The notes: generated from the letters alone by a model not told the origin. A DNA stretch of 64,000 nucleotides from the human T2T-CHM13v2.0 reference genome, Homo sapiens (GCF_009914755.1 NC_060925.1), one strand, 5' to 3'; positions 25,355 through 39,148 are shown, counted from the first letter of the stretch. Program-made: numbers and translations.

Positions 25355-28300
25355 AGTTACCTAGACCTCATTTATGCCATGGATACTTGCATGACCTTTA
25401 TCCATGAAATGGGAGTCTTGGTTTAATTGACAAGAATTAGTCATGTTCACCTATGCTGCACCTTTTAACTTCCATTATTGTCTGCCTCTGGATCCCTCAG
25501 ATCCAGATTTCTTTCCTAGGGATTTGACCTGAAGCTTGGAATTGAGTTTGGGACAAAAATGTGTCTCCAGCAGGGGTGAGGGTGGGTTGTTGCATGGATT
25601 CCTTATCATAAGCCAAATGCTAAGGTGAAGCTGGAAAATTTAGTCCTCCTCCAACAAGGGAGATAAAAGGATGTCTTGTGACATGCCCAGATAACTGGTG
25701 GCTATAGTTGCTAAGCTATGCTAAGATTTGGGTGTATGGGGCTTGGCTTTGATTAGCTCCCTTGGTCTTATTTTTCCAAAAAGGAAACCTCTGGGTGATG
25801 GGCACCCAACTTATTCTCATCACCCAGCAGGATTTGCAGGATAATTGCTCAGAAATAGAGTGTTCATCAAGATTTTTACATGCCCATCCCCTTTTGTCCC
25901 TGCTGAGCTGCAATTGGAGATCACTGGTTGGTTCACAGAATAAGCAGAGTTAGTCTAAAATACAGGCAAAAGCTTAAAAAAAATAATGAGTCTAGAACTT
26001 AATGAGAAATGTATAATACATTTTGAAACATAATTTCTCTCTCTCCAGTCCTCATTTTTTATTAAAAACAAATCATGATAAGACTGCGATGTTTGCAAAA
26101 TAGACTTTAGTCTTATACTTGGCCTGATTATTTGCATAAAGTGCAGCAAGAATAATTATTTTTAAATAGGCCTTTTAGATTGGCTTTGATGGGACTCTGT
26201 TCCACAAGGAATCTCAGGACTTTCCAAAGCTAAGTGCAGCCACTGGTTTGTACCCTTGAATACCTGTGAATTGGGTAAGTACTTCTATTCTTGAGGTCTC
26301 AAAGCATGGGCTTCCTCGGCCTGTTAGAAAGTGACATTCTTTACTTACCACCAGTTAAGAACCCTGTACAGGGACTATGTAGACAAAGTATGAAGCCAGT
26401 TTTCCCAAGTGGTTTTTATCAACTCTGCAAGTTGAGCTTGACTCCTTTAAGGGAAGTATACCCAGCCAGTCAAAGCCTTGATAAAACAACCAGTTTCTTC
26501 AATTGAATCATGTTGCAAAATAAAATGGATTCTTATTGCACTGATGCAAACAACTATATTGCCATCAGTTAAGGATACTCACAACTAGTTTCCAAATTCT
26601 GGGGAAGCCAAGCAGAGAAAGAGAGAGAGATGAATATGCTCAAAATTTTGTTCACAGAAGTATATCTCAATTAATAAAGGCCATAAGTAGCTTAAAATAA
26701 GTTTCACTGACTCTGAAAAACAAAACAAAGATCAGCAATGTTCTAAGCAAAAGTCAAAATAATTACTTGTTTTCTATTAGTTCAATCCATTCATTTAACT
26801 CTTCTTTTGCTTGATATTCATAAACATTTCTGCTTTTCATGAGTCCTGTATGTTTTTCCTTTATACCAATGTCACAATCTCCAAAGCTATCAGAAACCTG
26901 CATTTGAGAACGTCTATCAAAATTCTATAGCTGATTATATATCATCTTTTGAAGAGGATCAAAACAAGACAACAATTTTCTGTGAATAACAAAATGTCTA
27001 GGGCAGTTACAGTCAGAAACACAACTGATAAAGAAATTTGCTATCTCTGTGGTTTACAATAACTTAAAATAACAACCTTAATTGTGATTGATAGCATATA
27101 CTCAGACATTAGAATTTTAGAAACCCCATACAATTTTGCAACATATATTCATATTATTCCCTAAAATATAACCTGAAGAAGATTAAACATCATTTTGGCA
27201 GTCCTATGTACCTAAACATGTCAAATAATCCTGTTTAATCTCTCTTCTGGGTGCTCCAGAGGTCCTCTGTAGCTTCCAAAAGCTAGGCATCAGCAAAGAC
27301 AATTTTTGAAACTGAAGTTTGCTTTGGGGAAGCCTGTTAAATATGTTAGATGTTTAAAACACTTGATGTTATGAAATACAATTCCAGATTTCCGTAAGTT
27401 ATTTGTTTTGCCAAAATGATGACTCAAAAATTTTTAAAAAAAGCAAAAACCTTTCCTAACCCTTTACAAATTTTGCTAAAGAGCAGATTAGTGCCTTAGA
27501 GTACTTTGTTCCACTTTTATTTCAATGCTTAATTTACAGAAAAGCCATATAATACCCTTTTGAATGTAGTCAATATGTTTACACATGGAATTTCTTTTGC
27601 AAGATTAATTTTTACAGTCCTTCCATAACTTGTTTGAACTTTTAGCTTTATCTTACCTAACTCAAAACAATCCTTTAATCCTAGGCAAAAATTTACATTT
27701 TGACATCTGCATTTTACCAGTGATCTTTAAGGCTGTTTTTATTTCTCAAAAATTAAAGTCATGTGAACTAAAAGGTACCAGAGCTTTTATTTTTCCTTTA
27801 AAAATATTTGATACAAGTCTTTATCCTTCTTTAAGTCAATTAGAGCTCTTTTTTGTAGACCTCACACACACACAACACATATATAATTACACAGACAGAC
27901 AGAAGATTTTTTGTTTGCCAGTCTTCCAGTTGGATTATTGGTCTCCTGGTGTATAGCCCTTAAGGCCAAGGCTAGGAAAGCATGCAGTTTCTAAGTCCTA
28001 ATTAATAGGTATTGCTGGAAGACAAAAACAGATTTTGAGAGGGATCCATCCACCTCTAATTCCTGGGGCTCCATGAGGAAAACAGAGGTCTCTCCCAAAA
28101 TGGCATCCATGGCACCTTCTCTGTTTTTCCTAAGGAGTCCCAGGCCATCAGAAAATATCTCCTATATGCATTAAGAGTGGCAATGCAAAATAGAGAAAAA
28201 TAATTCAGTCAACTGAGAAGAAAATCTTTTTCCATGAAAACAAAATCCAGGAAGAGAAAAAAACAAAGGCTTTTTAAATATACCCATAATTTGGATACCT

Positions 28301-29509
28301 GCTTTTAATTAAGCTGAGTGCTCTTTAAGAAAATTCTTTTAAATCCCTTATTACCTGACTTTAGCCATGCCAAGTGGCCAATATTTCTGGCTTTTGAACT
28401 TTACAAAAGGTAACCTCTCAAGTGCTCAGAGAAAGGAAAAGTCAAGGTGGTTCTTGGAGGGGAAGATAATCAACAAATGGCAATGGTCATACAGATATCA
28501 AACCAGAAAGGACTTATTCCATAAGCCAGGATTGAACCTAGGCTGCCATTGTAAAATGGAGGCTAAAACAAAGCACTGCCACGTGGTTACAGGTCATGCT
28601 TCCAAGGATGTAAAATGAGATGGAGGCCTGCGGCAAAATTTTCCACCTACCAGTTTGCTGGGCTGGCTCAAACAGTGGGCTTATGGAGTCCTAGGCCTGC
28701 ATCTCATCCTAAGATCCTCCTCTTTCTGACAGAACTGTACAGAGAGACATGCAAAGCAAACCAGATTGGCTACAGCTTAAGACCAACCTCACAAATTCTT
28801 TTTCATAATTAAAACTTTACAGAGAAAATAAACAATGATAGTTGCAGTCCTGGACTAATAAAACGTCTTTTAAAAGGAAAAAAAAAAAAGGATTTTGCAT
28901 AAAAGTTAACTTCTGACCTGGTGGAGAAAAGAAAAAAAGCAGCATAAAGTGCAGGGCTATGTTAACTGCTGACAAGGTGGAGAAAAGAAAAGAAAAAACA
29001 GCTTAAAGTGCAGGACTGGAAAGATGCCTTGCAGAAGAACCTGTTATTCTTATGCAAATGGATTCCTCCAACATGGAGAGAAACTTTTAATTACTGTTGG
29101 ACAGAGCTGGACCCCTTGGTTGAGGGATGGGAAGACTCCATGGATGTGTGGCCGGGGACACTGGCCAGGCTGCCGCGTGGGGCCCTTGGGCCATGTGCCC
29201 CAGCCCCAGGTGGGAGGGGATGAGAGTGTGGAGGCACCACTCACCTGTCTGTCCTGCATGTGCCTGTGGCCATTGGGGTGGGGTAGTGCCATTACAGTCC
29301 CAATAAAGGAAGGAAAATTCCATAGAAAAGGCTAGGTTGGACTGAGGCCAGTATTCCTCACCCCTGAGAGCAACGAGGGATGGGAGGCACAGTTTTCTCT
29401 ACTCTCAGAATAAGTCCAAGGACAAAAAGGCTCAGAAGCAAGAGGGAAAAAGATTTTTTGGTCCGCATTTTACTCACTTTTCCTCATGTCCTCATATGAG
29501 CCGCCAATA
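25355..29509 (-). mobile_element. MER61-type (MER4-group ERV1) internal region, non-coding, 3'-truncated
   Basis: Adjacent to PBS and LTR at 29489-29739; leader donor gtgagt (plus-strand actcac ~29472); no retroviral ORFs. Confidence 0.72.
29489..29506 (-). other. Primer binding site (tRNA-Ile-like, CpG-decayed)
   Basis: Reverse complement tggcggctcatatgagga versus Ile PBS tggtggcccgtacgggga. Confidence 0.55.
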
Positions 29510-29739
29510 TGATGAAGGATTTTTGCTTCTTAGTTTAGCTAAAATCCAGGTTCTTGTCACATGACCAGGAAAAATTAGGCATATGGACACATTTAAAGGT
29601 GAGGAGAGTGGAATTTATTAGAAGAAAGCTCTCAGCAAAAAATAAATAAATAAAAGAGGGGAGGTCCAGCCAACAGGCTTCCACCTCACAGATTGAAGAC
29701 CAGGCCACCACACACATGAGCTGAAGAGGCCAGGCTCCA
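29510..29739 (-). mobile_element. MER61-type 5' LTR lacking its 5' part
   Basis: Reverse strand ends gacaagaacctggattttagctaaactaagaagcaaaaatccttcatca. Confidence 0.75.
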
Positions 29740-30033
29740 ATTATCAAGTTACAAGCAGGTTTTTAAAGAAAAAGAGGCAGTTCTAAGTTGCTTACCAAGA
29801 ATTTACATTAAAATAACAGATATTGTTGATTGGCTGTACATTAATCTTTGTATCACAAGTTCTAGGAACATGAAGTTAATGAGTGAGGCAGCTAGTCAGG
29901 GACAGGATAACTTGAAACGATTGATCCCAGGCATGCGTGTGGGGGGGCATGTCTGAAGACCTATACTCATGTCCCCCTGGGCTGCATTCCTCACAGAGCT
30001 CAGGCTTCTCTGAGCCATTTTTCTTCTCTCACA
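29740..30033 (-). mobile_element. MER93/MER65-like ERV1 LTR, 5' portion only
   Basis: Reverse strand begins tgtgagagaagaaaaatggctcagagaagcctgagctctgtgaggaatgca...gacatgagtatagg. Confidence 0.65.
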
Positions 30034-31666
30034 CTTTATTCCTACCCTCACTAAAATGTTCACGAAAAAAGATTTCATGGTCAAATATTTTTGATAGACG
30101 TCATCTACAGCCCTGTGACCACCAACCACCTTCTCCACCAGCACCACCACTAGCATTGTCATTTTAAAATGTTGACAATATATGCCAAAGTTTCTCAGAT
30201 ACTCTGAAGTCATTAAACATACACACACACACACATACATTTGTTCCAAAAATTGGCCATCAAACTGTATCACAGAGATTAGCAGAACACACTTCAGAAA
30301 GCACTGGACAGAGGCTGGGCTAACTGGAAACCACTATGACGTAAGTGAGAGTTTTTCAGGAAAGTGGGTGCCTCAGGTGGAAAATGGCTCAAGTAGAGCC
30401 TATGATAGGAAATAGAAGGCATTTCATACAGCAGAGGATCTCATGGCCTGACCAGTCAAGTCAGCTCCTTCAGAAGGGGTAATTATTTACGTGTAACCAT
30501 TTCTTTATCTTTTTATTTTTTTTTTTTTCAGTTTCACCTCAGAGTGAGACTAGATGATCTAATGAATGTGAATTGGTACCAAAGAAGAAACCACACCAGT
30601 GGGGATGACAATATTGGCTCTTGTTTCAATATTGTTTTATCTTGACCCTGGACTAGCAAATCCATCCCTGAGTATAATAGTGAGATTTTTGACCTTCAAT
30701 GTCCTCAGACCTCACTTGTTTTCCACTGTCTCTCCCACCCCAGGTGAATAGTTATTATACTATCTTTAGATGCCGTATTCTCCTATAGCTATTCCTATTT
30801 TTACAACTACTTTTTCCTTGGTAGGTCTTTTCCTTCATATTCTGTCTTCAACTTCTCTCTGTCCAAACTGGCCTATTATATACTCCTGCTCTAAGCCAAT
30901 CATTCTTATTAAAAAGGTGATTAGATATATTTGTTAATAGCCATTAGAAATTACTGTTGCCTACGCAGCCCCAAAGCAATAGTGAAAACAATTACAGTTT
31001 AGGTTCAAGTATAAAACCAAAGTAACCTTAGATAAAAAACTTAAATGTCACTATGAAAATGGAGGAAAAATGGACTCTCATAGGCCAAGCATCTCTCTTC
31101 CTATTCCTATTTCATTCATGTTTTCTCGTTACCTTCAACTGTTCCTTTTGCTCCACCATAATCATTACAATCAGCCACACCCCATAATGTATGCTCGAAT
31201 GCAGCATGATCTCTCTGAATTTATCTAATCCCATAGTTTTCTGAGTCAGAGATTGTGGTTACCTAGTAGATTCACACTCATTGCAAGCACTGATGTCATT
31301 GTTGTGACCTTTCAGCAGAACAGTGGATAACCAGCCAATATGGATAATTAGTAATGAAAAGATGAAAGTACTCAAGTTCTACAGAGGACAGTTAGTTAAA
31401 GGACAGAACTGAACTTAGGCTCTCTGCTTTTGATCTACGTAATGCAGTTTTATTCAGTCAAACTGAATCAGGTGTCACAATATCGAACATCTCTTTAGTA
31501 GATACAAGTATTGTGCAATGTCAATAATTCTTTCTGGTTAAAAAGGGAAAGGGGACTTTGTCTGGTTAACTAAATGAATGGGCATTTGTTTGTGGTTAGC
31601 TAATCAAGCTTGCAAGCAATTTATTTAGCAAGTTTAGAGTGTAAAGACATTATGTGTAGTTGTCAG

Positions 31667-32101
31667 CAGGGCTGGGACCCAGGGCAAGGTAAGTGAAGCA
31701 AATCTGGCACTTACCTAGTGCAAAATTTAAGGAGGAAGGGTGCCAATAGTATAAACAAATGTATTTTGATGCTATACATTTAAAAATCCACTTTAAGGCA
31801 AAAAGTCATGATGAAGTATCAAAATGTTTAATAAAGACAGCATCAGTAACAGTGCTGTGCTGAGCTATGGTGGAGCCCAAGGCAAAAAAATAATTGTAAT
31901 ACTGATTTTGTCTTCATTTAAAATTTTTATATTTTGTTCACTGTGGACTTTTTCATCAATTTTGATTTTTTTAAGACCTAGGGTATCTGTGGAGTGAATT
32001 TTTAAATATTGCCTTAAAATAATATTTGTCTTGATTATTAAGTACTTAAATTTTATGCCCAAAGCAAATTCCTTGCTTGCCTCTCCCTAGAGCTGGTGCT
32101 G
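31667..32101. mobile_element. MER96B hAT-type MITE (long imperfect palindrome)
   Basis: cagggctgggacccagggcaaggtaagtgaag...aataaagacagcatcagtaacagtgc...gtaatactgattttgtcttcattt...cttgcctctccctagagctggtgctg. Confidence 0.85.
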
Positions 32102-32179
32102 TTTTAGATCTATTGTTTTTTAATGTTCTAGTTATATCTGAAAATTCTTTTTCTTTTTAAAAAAATTATCATAATTTTG

Positions 32180-32596
32180 GGTCAAAAGCCCATACCATAC
32201 ATTTATGGCCAACTGATTTTCAGCAATGGTGCCAAGAATTTTCAATGGAGAAGAATAGTCTTTTCAACAAATAATGCTAGAACCATCAAATGTCCTCCTG
32301 CGAAAGACAAAGTTGGACATCTTCCTATACCGCACACCAAAGTTAACACAAAATTGATCATAGTCCTAAGTTCAGAGCCAAAACTACAAAATTCTTAAGA
32401 AGAAAACATAGAAATAAATGTTTGTCGCCTGGGGTTAGGCAAAGCATTCTTAGATAACACACCAAAAACAAAAGTTTTGACCAAAAAAAAAAAAAAATAG
32501 AATATACTTCATCAGAGTTAAAAATCTTTTGTGTTTCAAAGGACACTATGAAGAAAGTAAAAAAAAAACCTACAAAATGGGAGAAAACACTTACAA

Positions 32597-32630
<34 letters not shown>

Positions 32631-33525
32631 GGGACTAGCTTCCAGAATATATAAAGAATGTTTTACAACTCAACAATAAAAATATAAGTAATCCAATTAG
32701 AAAATCAGCAAAAGATTTGAATAGACATTTCTACAAAAAGGATATATAAACAGCCAATAAGCACATGAAAGAAAAAAATGCTCGATACAGTTAGTGATCA
32801 GAAAACTTTAAATTAAATCACAATAGGAGAGCACTTCACATTCACTAGGATTCTATAATTAAAAAGAAAATAAGTGCTGGCTTGGATGTATAGTAATTGA
32901 AACTCTCATACCTTGCTGGTGGGAATGTACAATGCTCTAGCCTTGTTGGAAACAGTTTGATAGTTTCTCAAAATGTTAAACGTAGAGTTACCATATTACC
33001 TCATCAATTCTAAGAGAAATGAAAACATCCACACAAAAAGCTGTACACATATATTTCACAGCAGCACTATTCAAAATAGGCCAAAGATGAAAATAACCCA
33101 AATATCTATCAACTGATAAATGAATAAACAAAATGTAATGCTTTCATAAAACTGTACAACATGGATGAACCTTGAAAACAGTAGGTTAAGTGAAAAAAAG
33201 CCATTCAAAAAAGTCCACATTGTGTGATGCCCTTTACATAAAATCAAGTATTAATTCATTTACATGAAGTGAACAGAACAGGTAAGTCTAAATCTATTGA
33301 GAAAGAAATTAGGTTGGTGGTTTCCAGGTATTGAGATGAGGAAGGAATGGGGAATTACTGTTAATGGATACAAAGTTTCTTTTGGGGGTAATGAAAATTA
33401 TCTAAAATCGATTGTGTTGAGGGTTGTGCAACTCTGTGAATATATTAAACACTATTGAATTGTATGCCTTACATGAGTAAATGGTACAGTATGTAAATTA
33501 TATCTCAATAAAAGTCTTTAAATAA
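32180..33525 (+). mobile_element. L1MB-type 3' end, with (TA)n at ~32600-32627
   Basis: Degenerate ORF2 (IYGQLIFSNGAK) and 3' end gtatgtaaattatatctcaataaa. Confidence 0.85.
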
Positions 33526-33750
33526 TGTTTTCCAGAGATTAGGAGACATCCATTCCTGGCCTCCATTTTATTTTCTTTGGTTGCGCTCCCAGTAAAAGCT
33601 TTGGCAAAGAACTTTCTTCCCCAGAACAGCCTTTCTCAATGATTCCTCTGTTACTATAAAGTTAAATTTTGTTGCCAAATAGCAAATGAAAAACCATAAT
33701 TAGGCAAAGTTTTACTTTATTTCAATAGAATTCTTCACACTTCCCCTTTT

Positions 33751-34009
33751 GTTTTGCTTTGTTTTGTTTTAATTGACAAATAAAAATTGTTTATACTTAT
33801 CATGTACAATATGATGTTTTTAAATATGTATACAAAGAAGAACAGCTAACTGGAGCTAATCAACCTAAGTGTCCAATGAATGGATGAATAAAGACAATGT
33901 GGTATATATACACTATGGAATACTATTCAGCCTTTAAAAAGGAGAAAATCCTGTCATTTGCAACAACATGGATGAACCTGGAGGACATTGTAGTAAATGA
34001 AATAATCCA
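33751..34009 (-). mobile_element. L1MA-type short insertion with 5' inversion
   Basis: Antisense 3' end at 33751-33864 joined to sense ORF2-end at 33858-34009; degenerate TSD ttcaca(c/t)ttc.c.tttt. Confidence 0.8.
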
Positions 34010-34639
34010 TTCACATTTCTCTTTTGATTCATTTGACTTGTTGGGGTGATTTGAAGTAACTTGCATTTAGAAGCTCACCTATAACAAAAGGTGGGAGGTG
34101 CATAGAGTCCACAGGATTTCCTTGGTCACATGCTACAAACCATCCCATTCGACTTTTTTATATTTTATTTTTTTTAGTTTCAGGAAGTTAAGTATGGTGT
34201 TTGAGTAACTAAGGAAAATATTTTGCTTTATGGAAAGATTCTAGCCTCTGCCTTATTCTCAAAGTAGAATCTATTTTCTTAGGAGATCTCTTTTTCTCTT
34301 TTGACTTTAAGAAAGCAGACATTTTAATGGGCATGCCAGTCACTATTTCTTCATACATTCCAGCATGATACCCTAGTCCAGTTACAGATACCGAAAAAAA
34401 AAAAAACAAAAACAAAAACAAAAAAACACACACAAAAAAAACAGGAAGTACCTGATTGGAAGTATAAGGACTCTTCATATCACTCTCACTGACTTCAGCA
34501 TTCATTGATAACCATCCAAGACAGTTTACAGCATAAAGTGCTAGTATTACCATAGTAGGAGACCACTAAAGTGGTGTGATTTAAAAGAGACAATGTTCTC
34601 TAAACGTTTTCTCTCTTGTGCTTCCTGAATATATTCAAG

Positions 34640-35010
34640 GCATGGAAAGGCTTATAAGCAATATTAAAAGATGAAAGCATTGAAGGAATGGAGAGATTTT
34701 GTACTGAAAATTCATTTGGGAAGTGAGCTTGTGGTTACTGCCTTCACAGATTGGAAGGTTGTAGGAGAGGGAGCTGAGTTTTCTTTGCAGCTGTAAAAGG
34801 TAAAACTGGCATCAAAGGATAGATATTTCCACTGACAGTTTTGACTTTACCTCATTATAAAGAACTCTTTTAGCAGTCAACACTGAAGGGAATAGAACCT
34901 CCTGAGGTTTCATATTCCCAGGCACTGGGATTGTTCACACTGAAACTGATAAACTTCTGTTTCTTAAATTACGTAGATGAACATTAAAATCTATTCCATC
35001 TGAGATTCTC
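34640..35010 (+). mobile_element. L3/CR1 3' end
   Basis: ataaagaactcttt...ccccaggcactgggattgttca-like motif...ttccatctgagattct terminus. Confidence 0.55.
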
Positions 35011-35749
35011 CAGTGCATTTTATCATGCAGTTTGGAATCACTCATTTAGTTTAATGAATATTCCTTTGTAAAGTACAAATAATTATAACCACCTCCCACT
35101 TATTAACACCATAGTATACATTAGTTTTTGTTTTTTATTATTAATACCCAACTTAAACTATTCTGAAGTGTTAGGGTAGATTTTGTTTTGTTTGGTTTGG
35201 TTTGGTTTTCAGAGAATAGAGAAGGCGGCTGAAACATAAATTAGTTTAGATTAAGTTTAGAAGCCTGACTGGAGGAGTCTGGTCAATCAAAAAGCAGCAT
35301 AAAACAGAGTCCTCAGAGGGTTGCAGAAGAGGGATGGTAACCAATCTTAAAAGTTGCATACCTTTCTCAGAGGGTAGGGATAAGATCCAAAAAAAAAAAA
35401 AAAAAATACAGAACATTCCTCCTCCCAGGATTATTTAGACTTAATGCATGTCGGCTGTGCCTCTCAGGTCTCAATACAATTTCCCCTAGGCAAGGACAGA
35501 GGTGTAGCTAGGTCCCATTAGGTCTATGCTGGAAACCATACACTTTTTAAAAAAGATCTGTATCAATCACTTTTTCAGTTAGGATACTAAGGAAGAGAAA
35601 GAATGAGACTTCAACTAATAAATTACACAATACACAATAAGTACCAAATATTATTCTAACTATTCAAATTCATTTTTTAAAATGCCCTCAGTAAGTAAGG
35701 AGGTTTTTAAATGGAGAAAGACTCGCCCCCATTCCCATAAGTTATGAAG

Positions 35750-35971
35750 AAAACAGCTGTGGGCAGGGCTGGGCTTGAATTTGAGATGTCGTTCAAGCAA
35801 AAAGCAAAGTTCGCACATCAAAGTTCCAACAGGGTTGTTGCTTCTCAGTACGACGCAAGAGAAACAGAACTAAGTATCTGTATTCATTATCCCTTCAATA
35901 ACTATCATGCCACATATTTCAAAATGGCTCCACAGAAAAGATGCCGAAGAAGACAGCTAAAACGTTCATGG
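35750..35971 (+). other. Candidate first exon (possible N-terminus MAPQKRCRRRQLKRSW from ATG 35924)
   Basis: Strong donor TGG|gtaagt at 35972; Kozak aaaATGg; several retained CpGs in unique DNA; start position approximate. Confidence 0.4.
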
Positions 35972-37724
35972 GTAAGTTATTGTCTTTGTATAATATACAT
36001 TTAAAGGGAGCTACAAATGTAAAGGCAGATGTGTAATATATGGCTGGCACCGTTTTTATTTTCTTATACATCTTGCTACTGTCTGGGGGCAATGCTCTAG
36101 CGACTACTGAAATATAATAGCTGCTTTCTCTCTCAGTACACAATTTGACAGCATTTATTCTTTCCTTCAGTGAACATAATTACTTCACATATGGAACCTG
36201 TGATAGCCTACAGGCATCTGAAAGAAACCAGAATCATGCAATCTGTCCCCTTTGCGAGCTTAATTTACATTCACAAGCGTCATTTTATTAGGGCTGGCAT
36301 CATGTAGAATAAAAATTACAGGTCAGCTATGGCATGTCACTGGGAAGTGTGCTTAAGTCAATAATGTGGTATTATTACATTCGGGATAATTTTACAAGGG
36401 AGATCTCACAGGAGGAATCTGACCCTTATTTCTTAGTTTTCAGCTTTACTATCAACCACAAGGTAATTCATTTAGAAATAAGTATTGTAACAAATAGTTT
36501 AGCCTCCTGCAAATATTTGTGCTGTGTCATACCCTTCAATATAACTTTGTAATGATATCTTGAACCTTAATGGACATGGAGAATTTACCTTGCTAGCTAT
36601 TAAAAGTGGGCATGTTTGAATTTGTGTAATCAAAATGGCATCAGTGAGAGGCTTGTGCCCTTTATTTTGGCCAGGTTGAGAGCAGAATTTAAGAAGATTG
36701 TGTTACTGACCCTTTCCATTATAATTAAAACACATTGTTGATTTAGTAGATGTTCCCAGGGAATGGGAGGAGTGAGGGAAGCTTCAGGCATTACAACTCT
36801 TGATTGTTTCTCTGTTTGAACAGTGAGGTGATCTTGAAGTAGCCCTTCTTCCTATTTGGCTCCCTTCTCTCTTGATGATGTCAGAAATTATTTTAACATG
36901 AAAAGTTAGAGATGGCCAGTAAATTCTAAACCATGATTTCTTCATGATGCCATGTTCTTTAATTAAATATATTACCTAATAAATAATCAAACATAATTCT
37001 CAGATGGTAATGATGATGTGCACTGCACCCATCCCTGAAAGCCATGGGCCAAGCCAAGACATGCCTTCAGCACAGTTGATAAACACTCTTGGCTGCATCC
37101 CACTGGGGTGGCCACAAGTATGGAGATCACTGAAACAATGGAAAACCAAGCTGAGTCTAGGGAGTGGCAAAGGCAAGGACTAGGGTTCAGATGCTGAACT
37201 AAAAGCAGAATCATTGAAGTCCAGGCAGGCAAGAGGGAGAAAACATAGGAAGTATCTGAATAATTTTTAGGCACAGAAAGAGAGCTGTTTTGACTAGCAT
37301 AAGCATTGGGATTAGATCTGTTTGCCAAATTCTTGTTTGTTTGGTTTTTCTTAAGACTTACTGAATCTTTAGAATTGCCTTACTTTAAATTTCTTTAATT
37401 TTTAGAATGTTTAAGTTTATCAAATAAGTACATAAACATGGTTAGAAAATCCAATGATAGAAAATAACTTGTTTTGAGAAGCTGTTATTCTATGTACCCT
37501 ATGCCCACTGTCCCATACTCCAGAAGCAGTTTCTTTTACCCTTCAACTTTAGGTCTAGTCTTTCTCTCCATATTACTTAAATTTATGCCTATGCTGACAT
37601 TGGTAATCTGTCTGCTGTAGGAATTATCTCTTGGGTTACCACTTTGAAAGAATATTTAGTTGTTTATAATTTGTTGCTGAAAATAACATACTATGAATGA
37701 TCTTTATAATCATTAAAATTTCTT

Positions 37725-37872
37725 GGCCTGCCGTGGTGGCTCACACCTGTAATCCTAACACTTTGGAAAGCTGAGCTGGGAAGACTGCTTGAGCCAGGAG
37801 TTCAAGACAAGCCTGGGCAACATATAAGACCTTGTCTCTACAAAAAAATTTTAAAATAAATAAATTTAAAAA
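37725..37872 (+). mobile_element. FLAM_C / AluJ left monomer
   Basis: gtggctcacacctgtaatcc...gaccttgtctctacaaaa. Confidence 0.85.
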
Positions 37873-38339
37873 TTAAAGACATTAAGTAACTAAAAAAATC
37901 TGAATCACAAGACAGGAAAAAAATTGTGATACGCTTTTATCAGATATCTCGTACTTCTCCATGCAATAATATTTAAGACTTTGCAACCACTGTGCATTAG
38001 ACTCTGGGAAAGAAGAAAGAGGTGTAGGATTCTTTCTCTCGTATTTTCATCCAAGATATAGACCACATATGCTAATTCTACAAAAATTCCTCCAGTTTCT
38101 GAGGAGGGTACCTGATAGTTTTCTTAGTATGATTCCTTCTTCATCCCCTGTAGTCGACCTTGATTAAGGTACTTTCCCTCTGGATTTTTTTCAGTGGCAT
38201 GACCCAATCAATTCTCTTGAACATTTAAGTCCATTTCTTTGGAGATTTCTGTTGCTTTTAACCAGAGGCGTTTTAACTGATCCAATCAATTAAGAAAAAC
38301 TATCGCATCCCCTAAGAAAAAGTCTAATTGAAAAAAATG

Positions 38340-38890
<551 letters not shown>

Positions 38891-38899
38891 TTATTTTAA

Positions 38900-39148
38900 T
38901 AGGCTCTCATTTGCCTGTAAATGACAGAAACATTCCTAAAAATGCTTTATACAAAAAAAAAAAAAAGTGCATAGTTTCGATGAATCAGAGTCACATTTGA
39001 TCTAATCACTCAAGCAATGCCATCCAGAATCTGGTTTCCATTCCCATGTCTGATAGTAAGATGGCGCTGCCATATTCAGGCTTTATCCTACCATCTTACC
39101 ATCCTCAGGAAAAAGAATAGAGGGCTTCTTTCCCGATGGTTTCAGCAA
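38900..39148 (-). mobile_element. Old MLT1 (J/K/L-like) LTR fragment
   Basis: gcctgtaaatgacagaaac...aagatggcgctgcc. Confidence 0.45.

Noticed and set aside
28900-29015. ~60-bp tandem duplication in the minus-strand ERV leader
   Set aside because: It is probably a family-level feature of the MER61-type internal sequence rather than locus-specific.
35890-36008. ccctt...aaggg ends suggesting a piggyBac MITE
   Set aside because: The inverted match is only 5-6 bp, with no TTAA target duplication and no resemblance to MER75/MER85.
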